A stretch of DNA of 64,000 nucleotides from Dehalococcoidia bacterium (GCA_963662435.1 OY759598.1:1148507-1212506); one strand, 5' to 3'; counted from the stretch's first letter, positions 29,262 to 38,180 are shown. The notes: generated by a model not told the origin, from the letters alone. Numbers and translations: made by a program.

Positions 29262-29290
29262 ACACGAGACTCGTATGGAGGAGAATTGAA

Positions 29291-29968
29291 ATGACCAGTC
29301 TCAAGGACGCTCCGAGGGGCAGAGTTCACGAGGTAATTGCCAAGTACGGCAAGTGCATGGAATTAATCTCCATGGACCCGAATTTCCACGAAATCACCAT
29401 TGGTCTGTACGTCAAGGACGGCGTAGGCACAATCTGGACGTTCAGCCAGAGGCCCGGCGTTGAGAAGCGCGTCGAGGAAATTCGAGAACAGCTAGTTGTG
29501 ATGGGTGGCATGCTCCCCATCGAAGGCACGCATAATCAGGCAAGGTTCCCAGACGATGAAATGTATGTCCGTCCCCTTCGGTTTTTGCTGAGACAGGCGG
29601 TGGAAAAGCCTCACGGCACGCGACATCCTGATGGACGTATTGAGATTAAGGACCTCCGCTCTCCCCTTCAGGTAATCGTTTCCCCGGAGGAGATCGACGG
29701 ACGCTGGGTGTATCGTGTCGCCACCGAGGGTGAGTACAAGAATCCGGGGGTGCGGGTTCGCGCGATAACGCAGGGATTCGTCCGCTACGGAGAGATGGAG
29801 AAGGTCGACATTGACGCCGTGACATTCCCACACGGTGGTAGACGGGACGAGCTGATAAGGCTCATCCTCCCCTACGCCCGAAACGTCACTGGCACCGCAG
29901 ACATGTTGGAGGCGGAGGCGCTCCGCGGACAGATGACAACGGGCACGCTGGGGTTCGCGCAGACGTAG
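29291..29968 (+). CDS. Hypothetical protein with two-fold internal repeat
   Basis: 225-aa ORF, SD GGAGGAG, 29 bp after the HMT gene. Confidence 0.75.
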   Translation: MTSLKDAPRGRVHEVIAKYGKCMELISMDPNFHEITIGLYVKDGVGTIWTFSQRPGVEKRVEEIREQLVVMGGMLPIEGTHNQARFPDDEMYVRPLRFLLRQAVEKPHGTRHPDGRIEIKDLRSPLQVIVSPEEIDGRWVYRVATEGEYKNPGVRVRAITQGFVRYGEMEKVDIDAVTFPHGGRRDELIRLILPYARNVTGTADMLEAEALRGQMTTGTLGFAQT

Positions 29969-30052
29969 GGGGTTGATAGCCGTGGGCGCAGCAGCTTCTC
30001 TCGCCACCGAAGACAGTTCAGATATCGGCCCCTTCTTGATGGTCGACTGTGA

Positions 30053-30082
30053 TATACGTATACTCAGTGACTTATACGTATA
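30053..30082. promoter_or_regulatory. Paired palindromic operator of the TA locus
   Basis: TATACGTATA at 30053-30062 and 30073-30082. Confidence 0.7.
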
Positions 30083-30111
30083 AAGGCACTTTGGGGAGGC
30101 GATAGGCCATC

Positions 30112-30336
30112 ATGAAGACAAAACTCACAATAACGGTCGACGCGGACGTAGTGCCTAAGGCTAAGCGCTACGCCCGCGCTCGAGGCGTCTCTCTGTCGTC
30201 GCTGGTTGAAGAATCACTCAAAGGGCTCGTCGGAGAGGAGATGTCCCCTTTCTCTTCGCGTTGGAGGGGAAGGCTACGAGCGGCCGACAGCGACGACTCG
30301 CCACGTTATAGAGCGCTTTCGAGAAAGTACCTGTGA
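30112..30336 (+). CDS. Antitoxin (DUF6364-like RHH)
   Basis: MKTKLTITVD..VVPKAKRYARARGVSLSSLVE; GTGA overlap with PIN gene. Confidence 0.85.
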   Translation: MKTKLTITVDADVVPKAKRYARARGVSLSSLVEESLKGLVGEEMSPFSSRWRGRLRAADSDDSPRYRALSRKYL

Positions 30337-30740
30337 TGCTCTTGGACACCGATATTCTCATCGACGTTGCGCTTGACCGTCGTCCATTTTCGGGCCCGGC
30401 TGCCAGCCTACTCGACAGGATCGAAGGAGGCCGCGAGAATGCATACATCGCATGGCATACAATCTCGAACTTCTATTATCTTGTTGCCCAATCAAGGGAC
30501 GGAATGAAGGCGAGGGACTTTATTGTAGATCTTGTCCGATTTGTGGCTGTCGCGGAGACCGGCACGGACGCACTGCGATACGCCGCCGCGCTCCCGATGA
30601 GTGATTTCGAGGACGCAATGCAGGTCGCCGCAGCCCGCTCATGCGGAGCTAGGCGCATAGTCACGAGGAACGTCAAGGACTTCACTGGCTCGCCGATAAA
30701 AGCGATCACGCCCGCAGAAGCCCTCACCGAGCTACCCTGA
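30333..30740 (+). CDS. PIN-domain toxin
   Basis: LLDTDILID, DFEDAMQ, IVTRNVKDF. Confidence 0.9.
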   Translation: MMLLDTDILIDVALDRRPFSGPAASLLDRIEGGRENAYIAWHTISNFYYLVAQSRDGMKARDFIVDLVRFVAVAETGTDALRYAAALPMSDFEDAMQVAAARSCGARRIVTRNVKDFTGSPIKAITPAEALTELP

Positions 30741-30852
30741 CCGCGCTTGCAAAGGAAACTGAAGCGATTGGCCCACGCATATTGACATGAATTGCAAGTC
30801 ACACCAGCCCAAAGTCGACAGACCCGTAAGAGTTTGATAAAGGAGACACGCC

Positions 30853-31911
30853 ATGCCACTCCAAGAGACGATGACTCCAAGAGAACGTGTGCTGAACGCG
30901 CTCGCGGGTAAGCCGGTTGACAGGACGCCGGTATCGAACCCCACGAACGTGGCGACGGTTGAACTGATGGACATGGTTAACGCGCCGTTCCCGGACGCAA
31001 ACCGCGATCCGGAGATGAACGCGCGTCTCGCCGCGACGGGCTACACCGAGCTCGGCTTCGACTCGATCATGCCCTATTTCACCATCATCCAGGAGTCCTC
31101 GGCGCTTGGCTGCGAAATGCAGTGGGAGGAGAAGGACAACTGGCCGACCGTGCGGATGGCAAATCCGATCTGGGACGGCCCGGACGACGTGCACATTCCC
31201 AGCGGTTTCCTCGAGCACAAGGACAACGTGGCCATCACGCGCTCCCTCTCCATTTTGAAACAGGAGTTCGGCGACGAGGTCGCCATTATCGGCAAGACGA
31301 TGGGGCCGTGGACCCTGGCCTATCACGTCTTTGGCGTGGAGAAGTTCCTGCTTATGTCGATCGACGACCCTGCCATGACGCTTGAGACCCTTCACAAGCT
31401 CAAGGAGATATCGGTGCTGTTCGGGCAGGCGCAGATCGACGCCGGAGCGGACGCCCTCACATTCCCCGACCACGCGACGGGCGATCTCGTGAGCGGCGCC
31501 TACTATGATCGATTCTTACTTGAGATTCACCAGGAGATGACCGAGCGGCTTCAGGTGCCGTTGATCCTTCACATCTGCGGCAAGACCACAGACCGCATGG
31601 CGGCCATCGCCAAGAGCAACATGGCGGCCTTCCATTTCGACTCCAAGAACGACCCGCAGGAGTCGATGGACATCGTAGACGGCGGCATCCGGCTCGTCGG
31701 TAACATCAACAACCCCGTGACCCTCTACTCCAAGGGTCCGGAGGAGGTCCGCGCCGAGGTCAATCGTGCCCTTGACGCAGGTGTCGAACTGATCGCCCCG
31801 GAATGCGCGATACCTCTCGCCACGAAGCTGGAAAACCTGTTGGAGATACCGCAGGCCGTCAAGGACTGGCACGAGGAGCACGACGGCGGGAACGGCAACG
31901 GCGCTGGCTAG
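30853..31911 (+). CDS. MtaA/CmuA-family methyltransferase (URO-D fold)
   Basis: MTPRERVLNAL, ALGCE, GPWTLA, LHICG, GNIN, APEC (HxC...C Zn ligands). Confidence 0.92.
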   Translation: MPLQETMTPRERVLNALAGKPVDRTPVSNPTNVATVELMDMVNAPFPDANRDPEMNARLAATGYTELGFDSIMPYFTIIQESSALGCEMQWEEKDNWPTVRMANPIWDGPDDVHIPSGFLEHKDNVAITRSLSILKQEFGDEVAIIGKTMGPWTLAYHVFGVEKFLLMSIDDPAMTLETLHKLKEISVLFGQAQIDAGADALTFPDHATGDLVSGAYYDRFLLEIHQEMTERLQVPLILHICGKTTDRMAAIAKSNMAAFHFDSKNDPQESMDIVDGGIRLVGNINNPVTLYSKGPEEVRAEVNRALDAGVELIAPECAIPLATKLENLLEIPQAVKDWHEEHDGGNGNGAG

Positions 31912-31958
31912 GCTAACTGGGCAATCCCTATTCGTACCGAAGGAAACAACTAGAAACA

Positions 31959-33002
31959 ATGCCGAGAGTTATCGATTCACCCGAAGAGTTCACCATCGTC
32001 GGAGAGAACATTCACGCTACGCGCGTCTTGCTGCGCAACGGCAGACGGGCCAAGACCTTGGACGACGGCACGGAGATCGTGCCCTTCCGAGGGCCGGACG
32101 GCGAGCGGCGTATGCTCACTGTGCCCGAATGGTACAAGTCCACTCAGCCGTATCAGCAGAACCAGATCAAACATTTTCTTATCGCCATGCGGAAGGGCAT
32201 CGAAGACGATGCCGACGAGCGAGAAGAGGGCAAGGCGTACATCCAATACGAGGTAAGGAGGCAGGTGCGCGCAGGCGCGAAGTACCTCGATATCAACCCT
32301 GATGAGGTGCACTACGATCTTGAGACGCAGAAGGCGTGCATGAGATTCGCCGTCGAGGCCGTCCAGGAGGTTTCCCCTATTCCGCCGTCGATAGACTCAT
32401 CGAATTCGGAAATTATCGAGGCAGGGCTGGCAGCGTACGACGGCTCCGCGGGAAGACCGATGATTAACTCGGTCGCGGCAGAGCGCCTGGAGGCGCTCGA
32501 CATGGTGGTAGAGCACAATGCCCGGATGGTCCTCATGTGTACCGGCCCTGAGGGGATGCCGCAAGACGACCAGGAGCGACTCGACAACCTGAACCTCATC
32601 ATGGAGCACGTGCAGTCGAAGGGCATCCCGATGGAGGACATCTATGTTGACGGCATCATCTTCCCAATCTCCGTCGATCCGCGGTATGGGAACCACTACT
32701 TTGACGCCGTCCGATCCATACGAGAGCAGTACGGGAATAAGATCCATATCGGCATGGGACTGAGCAACGTTTCGTTCGGCATGCCGGAGCGCCGATTGTT
32801 GAATGACACGTTCATCTACCTCTCCATCGAGGCAGGCATCGACGCGGGTATTCTCGATCCCATTGCCACGAAGCTTGAAAGGGTATTCGCCCTGGACACT
32901 GAGTCGGAGCCAGTGAAGCTTGCCCTGGACACTCTCGAAGGCCGGGACGACTTCTGCATGAACTACATCACGGCCTATCGCGACGGCAGGCTGAAGACAT
33001 AG
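31959..33002 (+). CDS. Pterin-binding methyltetrahydrofolate:corrinoid methyltransferase (AcsE/MetH pterin domain)
   Basis: IVGENI, LDIN, SIDSS, INSV, GLSNVSFGMP.R. Confidence 0.88.
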   Translation: MPRVIDSPEEFTIVGENIHATRVLLRNGRRAKTLDDGTEIVPFRGPDGERRMLTVPEWYKSTQPYQQNQIKHFLIAMRKGIEDDADEREEGKAYIQYEVRRQVRAGAKYLDINPDEVHYDLETQKACMRFAVEAVQEVSPIPPSIDSSNSEIIEAGLAAYDGSAGRPMINSVAAERLEALDMVVEHNARMVLMCTGPEGMPQDDQERLDNLNLIMEHVQSKGIPMEDIYVDGIIFPISVDPRYGNHYFDAVRSIREQYGNKIHIGMGLSNVSFGMPERRLLNDTFIYLSIEAGIDAGILDPIATKLERVFALDTESEPVKLALDTLEGRDDFCMNYITAYRDGRLKT

Positions 33003-33101
33003 AGAAGGACCAACTCGTGTCCGCCCTCTCTTGAACGACTCCACACTGCCCAATAGATTCCCAGCAACGGTCCTACTCAGACCCGGGGAGGGCAAGTAGG
33101 C

Positions 33102-33836
33102 GTGACTCGGTTCCTTGCTGCGATGCCGCAGTTGACCGTCGACGCGCTGCGCGATTTAGCGCCCATCATCTTCGTCATCGCCTTCTTTCAGATCGTGGTG
33201 TTGCGCCAGCCTTTCCCCGACCTGCTGAGCGTACTCATAGGACTGCTCTGCGTTATTGTCGGGCTGACGCTCTTCATTAAGGGACTTGAAAGCGGCCTAT
33301 TCCCCCTCGGCGAGGCCCTCGCGCAGGGCTTCGCTCGGAAGGGCAGCGTGACTGTCCTGCTCGCTTTCGCCTTCTGCCTCGGCTTCGGCACTACGATTGC
33401 CGAGCCGGCCCTGATTGCCATCACCGCCGAGGCCGCCGACGTCGCCGCGGATGCTGGCGCAATCGTCGACAACGATCGCGCGCGCGGATCATATGCGCTC
33501 GAACTGCGCCTGGTCGTGGCGCTGGCGGTAGGTGCCGCGCTCGTATTGGGAGTGTTGCGCATCCTCAAAGGCTGGCCGATTCATATGCTAATCATCGGCG
33601 GATACCTGCTGGTGACGGCCCTGACGGCCTTCGCGCCCTCCGAAATCGTCGGCATCGCCTACGACTCCGGTGGAGTGACCACCAGCACTATCACCGTGCC
33701 GCTCGTAACAGCGCTGGGCGTTGGACTTGCCACGTCAATCCGTGGACGTAACCCCATGGTCGACGGCTTCGGTCTCATAGCCTTCGCCAGTCTGACGCCT
33801 ATGGTCTGCGTACTCGCCTATGGGATGGTGGCCTGA
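33102..33836 (+). CDS. DUF1538 membrane protein (subunit 1)
   Basis: [26 protein letters not shown]. Confidence 0.9.
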   Translation: MTRFLAAMPQLTVDALRDLAPIIFVIAFFQIVVLRQPFPDLLSVLIGLLCVIVGLTLFIKGLESGLFPLGEALAQGFARKGSVTVLLAFAFCLGFGTTIAEPALIAITAEAADVAADAGAIVDNDRARGSYALELRLVVALAVGAALVLGVLRILKGWPIHMLIIGGYLLVTALTAFAPSEIVGIAYDSGGVTTSTITVPLVTALGVGLATSIRGRNPMVDGFGLIAFASLTPMVCVLAYGMVA

Positions 33837-34624
33837 TGACCGACTTCCCACACGCCTTCGCCGATGCCCTGCTCTCCACCGTCCTCGATGTCGCCCCCAT
33901 CGTCGTAATCCTTCTGCTGTTTCAGGTCGTGGTTCTGCGGCAAAAGCCGGACAACCTGCGCCAAATAATCGCCGGGTCTGTTTTCGTCCTATTGGGACTA
34001 TCGCTGTTTCTCATAGGTTTGGAGAACGCGCTCTTCCCGATAGGCAGGACCATGGCCAGCCAACTCACCGCGCCCGACCACATCGGAATGGAGGGGCTGG
34101 CTGATGATGTCGTCTGGCAGGACTACCTGATGGTCTACGCATTCGCCGCCGCGATCGGCTTTGCGACCACCGTGGCCGAACCCTCACTCGTTGCCGTGGC
34201 GATAAAGGCCCGCGACGCTTCGGGCGGAGCCGTTCACGCCTGGGGACTCAGGATCGCCGTGGCCATAGGCGTCGCTGTGGGCGTGGCAATCGGCTGCTTC
34301 CGCATCGTCACTGGGACCCCCCTGCCCTGGTACATCATAGCCGCCTATGTCGTCGTCATTTTGCTGACCTTCCGGGCCAGTAGAGATATCATGCCGCTCG
34401 CATACGACAGCGGCGGCGTTACCACGTCTACAGTCACCGTACCGGTGGTTGCTGCGCTCGGACTGGGACTCGCCGAAAGCGTCCCGGGACGCAGCCCGCT
34501 CATAGATGGATTCGGACTCATCGCATTCGCAAGTGTCTTCCCAATCGCGTCCGTGCTGGGATACTCTATTGCCGCTTCCTGGCTGAGGCGTAGGCGGAAG
34601 ACTAATCTCTCCGAGGAGGCTTGA
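33836..34624 (+). CDS. DUF1538 membrane protein (subunit 2)
   Basis: [31 protein letters not shown] overlap. Confidence 0.9.
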   Translation: MTDFPHAFADALLSTVLDVAPIVVILLLFQVVVLRQKPDNLRQIIAGSVFVLLGLSLFLIGLENALFPIGRTMASQLTAPDHIGMEGLADDVVWQDYLMVYAFAAAIGFATTVAEPSLVAVAIKARDASGGAVHAWGLRIAVAIGVAVGVAIGCFRIVTGTPLPWYIIAAYVVVILLTFRASRDIMPLAYDSGGVTTSTVTVPVVAALGLGLAESVPGRSPLIDGFGLIAFASVFPIASVLGYSIAASWLRRRRKTNLSEEA

Positions 34625-34627
34625 ATC

Positions 34628-34978
34628 GTGAAACTAAAGTTGATTATCGCTCTGGTGAGCGACGACAAGATCGACGCAGTTATAGAAGCCGCGCGGGCGG
34701 GCGGCGCCACGGGCGAAACGATCATCACCAGCGCGCGGGGCGAGGGGCTTGAGCCCGAGAAGACCTTCTTCGGTCTGGACCTCGCCGCTAAACGCGAAGT
34801 CGTGCTGTTTCTGGTGGTCGAGTCTCGTGCCCGCGAAATCATCGAGCGCATTCGAGATGTGGGAGGTCTCGATTCCGAGCCGGGTGCCGGAATCGCCTTC
34901 CAAGTACCGATAGAGGATGCCGTGGGCCTTACCACCCAATTGCCTAAAATCCTGGAGGAGGTGGAATCCGAGTTATGA
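34628..34978 (+). CDS. PII-family signal transduction protein
   Basis: KLIIALV, GATGETI..ARGEG, PGAGIAF..PIEDAVG. Confidence 0.88.
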   Translation: MKLKLIIALVSDDKIDAVIEAARAGGATGETIITSARGEGLEPEKTFFGLDLAAKREVVLFLVVESRAREIIERIRDVGGLDSEPGAGIAFQVPIEDAVGLTTQLPKILEEVESEL

Positions 34979-35376
34979 CAACTGAAGCTTCAATCAGGGT
35001 AAGAGACCTCATGTCCGAAGAGCTGTTCACGATCGATGGGCTCGACACCGTCACCGACGCCATGGCGCTGATGAAACGACATCGGGTAGGCTCACTCGTG
35101 GTCACCCGGCGCAATGAGGACGACGAATTAGGCCTGATTGCGGTCGGCGACATCGCCCGCCGCGTGATCGCTGAAGACCGTTCACCTGATCGCGTCAACG
35201 TCTACGAGATTATGTCCAAACCGCTCCTTACCCTACCGGAGGACATGCTCGCCAAGTACGCATCCCGACTGCTCGCCCGCTTCGATCTCTCTCGCGCAGT
35301 CGTCGTCGACCAACAGCGCAACGCCCTCGGCATGGTGACCCTGCGCGATCTCATTATGGGGTATGTAACGGAGTGA
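34975..35376 (+). CDS. CBS-domain pair protein
   Basis: VRDLMS, GLIAVGDI, VYEIMSKP, GMVTLRD. Confidence 0.9.
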   Translation: MTTEASIRVRDLMSEELFTIDGLDTVTDAMALMKRHRVGSLVVTRRNEDDELGLIAVGDIARRVIAEDRSPDRVNVYEIMSKPLLTLPEDMLAKYASRLLARFDLSRAVVVDQQRNALGMVTLRDLIMGYVTE

Positions 35377-35692
35377 CACGCGCTCCCCTCGCGGCGAGCG
35401 TCCCTTCATCTGCCACAAGCGACAAGCAGCTCGAGACGAATTCTGTATGAACTACATCGTGGCCTACAGTGACGGTAGGCTGAAGATACGATGTCGCCAA
35501 TTGTCGCAGTTTGTCGCACATTCGCGCCTCTTCCCTGGTAAGAAAAGACATTTGCGTACTCCGCCGGCTAGCGCAACCGTCCCACAAAATCAGACCCGGT
35601 TCCGCTTGGGTCGCAGCGCAACCATTTGACAAAGCTCCGTATCTGGCCGAATAATACATATCTTGTGACAAAGATCTTGAGTGGAGTGGTGT

Positions 35693-36427
35693 ATGCCAAC
35701 GACGGAGCATGAAGGGCTGGAACGGGAATTCCTGTATGTGACTGACCCGTTTGAAGCCAAGCACATCAAGAGCCTCTACGAGGGTAAGGACCCTCTGATG
35801 CACGATATCGCCTACGCCTTGATAACGGGTAATGACGGCGAGGTGGGCAGGTTGGTCGAACAGGGACTGGGGGACGGCTGGCAGGCCAACGAGCTCCTCG
35901 ATGACGGTCTGATTGCCGGCATGGCTGTTGTAGGCGTGAAGTTCCGCGACAACATCATCTTCGTGCCGGAGGTGCTCATTTCCGCTCGTGCTATGAAGGC
36001 CGGCATGGCCTACATCGAGCCGATCCTCTCCGCGTCCGGCGTTGAGCCCGTCGGCACCGTAATCATGGGAACCGTCAAGGGCGACCTCCACGATATCGGC
36101 AAGAACCTCTGCATCATGATGCTGCGCGGCGCGGGATTCGTGGTCCACGATCTTGGAGTCGACACCAAGAACGAAGAGTTCATCGACGCGGTGGTCGAGC
36201 ACGAGGCCAAGGTGCTCGGCATGTCCGCCCTTCTCACAACGACCATGCCTAATATGGGCCGCGTCATCGAGGCGTTCGAGGACGAGGGAATGCGGGAAGA
36301 GGTGAACATCATGGTCGGCGGCGCTCCCGTAACGCAGGAGTTCGCCGAGGACATGGGGGCGGACGGCTACGGCGAGAACGCCATCGCCGCCGTCGATCTG
36401 GCAAAGGACTTCGTGAAAGCGGGCTAG
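35693..36427 (+). CDS. Corrinoid (cobalamin-binding) protein, methyltransferase cognate
   Basis: Cap domain GLIAGM..VG..F..FVPEV, DLHDIGKN, MSALLTTT, MVGGAP. Confidence 0.95.
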   Translation: MPTTEHEGLEREFLYVTDPFEAKHIKSLYEGKDPLMHDIAYALITGNDGEVGRLVEQGLGDGWQANELLDDGLIAGMAVVGVKFRDNIIFVPEVLISARAMKAGMAYIEPILSASGVEPVGTVIMGTVKGDLHDIGKNLCIMMLRGAGFVVHDLGVDTKNEEFIDAVVEHEAKVLGMSALLTTTMPNMGRVIEAFEDEGMREEVNIMVGGAPVTQEFAEDMGADGYGENAIAAVDLAKDFVKAG

Positions 36428-36466
36428 GTTCTACCTCGCACCCGCCACGAGGTCAAGGTGAAAGGC

Positions 36467-36712
36467 ATGGCAGAGCAGCGCATCGACGAGAGACGCTACA
36501 AGGCCAGCCTCGACCGCCTGTACGACATATTCAAGGGCATGTCGGACACGGCTGACGAGGTATCGCAGTGGCGCTGTCCGTATAAGAACGTCGAATCGCG
36601 GTGTACCGCAAAGTTCGGTTGTCGCAATCAGCATTTTACGAATATTCCTGATGCCCTGCCCATATGCACCGGAAGCGACAAGCTGGATTACCGGAGCGCA
36701 TGGGAAGTCTAG
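36467..36712 (+). CDS. Small 4-Cys hypothetical protein
   Basis: C-X8-C-X5-C-X14-C; 39 bp after the corrinoid gene. Confidence 0.7.
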   Translation: MAEQRIDERRYKASLDRLYDIFKGMSDTADEVSQWRCPYKNVESRCTAKFGCRNQHFTNIPDALPICTGSDKLDYRSAWEV

Positions 36713-36820
36713 GATCGCGAAGAACGCCAGACTTGGCGTTGCTCTTTGGCCCCGATCGATGGCACCAGCCGTGTCCCTTAGCGTCTAGAGTCTCGCGGGG
36801 TAGAACGACGACTGAATAGT

Positions 36821-37348
36821 ATGCAAGATCTAACGATTCGCCCACTCAGCGCGACCGATGCCGCCAACTTTCAAGAACTACGGCTCACGGCCTTGACGGA
36901 ACATCCCGAGGCTTTTGCCTCCTCGTACGAGCGTGAAGTCGCATACACCATGGAGTTTGTGGCCGGACGTTTGCAGCGCACTGCAGAATCTCCCGACAGC
37001 TTCACGCTTGGAGCCTTTCATCAGGCGGAGTTGATAGGGATGGTGGGGTTTCGGAGAAAAGACGGAGAGAAGGAGCAGCACCGGGGACATATCTGGGGCA
37101 TGTACGTGCGGTCCGACTTACAGGGAAAGGGATTTGGAAAAGCCCTCCTATCCGAAGCAATCGATCTTGCCAAATCGATGACAGGACTCGAACAGATCGA
37201 GCTCTGCGTCGTCACTCGCAACGAGCAGGCGAGAGGTCTATACGCCACTCTCGGCTTTGCCTCGTGCGGCATCGATCCACGGGCCCTCTTCGTCGATGGA
37301 GAGTACCAGGACGAGGAGCGTATGGTATTGATTCTTGATAGATGTTGA
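36821..37348 (+). CDS. GNAT acetyltransferase
   Basis: IWGMYV, QGKGFG, N..A..LY..LGF. Confidence 0.9.
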   Translation: MQDLTIRPLSATDAANFQELRLTALTEHPEAFASSYEREVAYTMEFVAGRLQRTAESPDSFTLGAFHQAELIGMVGFRRKDGEKEQHRGHIWGMYVRSDLQGKGFGKALLSEAIDLAKSMTGLEQIELCVVTRNEQARGLYATLGFASCGIDPRALFVDGEYQDEERMVLILDRC

Positions 37349-37483
37349 ATGACCCTGAGAGGGTTTCGTTCCTCCTGAGCAGCGTAACGACCCGCCCGCG
37401 AGGCCATGACGGCGTGTCAGTAACGGGGTACAAGATCACCTTTAGTCTCTCCCCCGCCGTTGGCTGACGAAGGCATGCAAAAT

Positions 37484-37713
37484 GGATTGTAGCTATGATC
37501 CGCCCCAGTCTCTCTGTCATTCCGAGCGAAGCGAGGAATCTAAAATCCATAACCGCAAGACCGGTAAGCCGGTGCCGCGCTTCTATCGTGACCAAGAGCT
37601 AAAACAGTGTACGAACCTCATGGTCAGCCCTACGTTGGGACAGACACCTTAGACTCTTCGACTCCGCTGCGCTCCCCTCAGAGTGACAGGGCCGGGGTTA
37701 CGTTCTGGTGAAT
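37484..37713. mobile_element. ~230-bp REPIN/MITE-like non-coding element, copy B
   Basis: Colinear with 21256-21487; core 37515-37688. Confidence 0.75.
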
Positions 37714-38180
37714 CTAGACCCCCTCACCCGTTCACGGGAAGGGCTGAGGAGAGGGCAAATGCCTACCCCTGTTACTTGAAAGCCAGTCGAAGAGTGAAAA
37801 CGTTATCCATGGTTCGACAAGCTCACCACGAACGGCTTCGATGGATGTCTTAGACACCCTCTGGGAATTCTATCCCACGAGTCACCTCCAGTATGAAGCG
37901 TTCTCGGTTTTCGTCTTCCCAGGTCCGTAGAGCGATTGTCTCTCCCAAAATAGCGTTTGTGTAATAGCATTGCATCGATAAACAAAAGGCACTTGCACAA
38001 AAAGAGTTGTCCGAAAATGTCCGGAAATGTCCGGGTTTTCCTAGGGTTAAGCGTCTTTTGGACCGTGTATAGGGAGAAACGCGTTCACCCTTCGGCTGGC
38101 TTAGGGCTGAACATGGCCTTCTCCTAGTCAACTCTGGGAAATTAGGATGATTTCCCGGCCGACTACGCTAAACTATCCGC

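Noticed and set aside
28341..36427. Pyrrolysine or selenocysteine readthrough in the methyltransferases
   Set aside because: All ORFs are full length for their families, with no in-frame continuation and no MttB-type gene
37850..38131. 93-aa minus-strand ORF ending LRTWEDENRERFILEVTRGIEFPEGV
   Set aside because: The tail may be a gene remnant, but no family is recognisable and the start is unsupported
27755..38180. Cobalamin or SAM riboswitch upstream of the methyltransferase genes
   Set aside because: No B12-box or SAM-I core recognised by eye in the intergenic regions; an Rfam scan would be needed to exclude one
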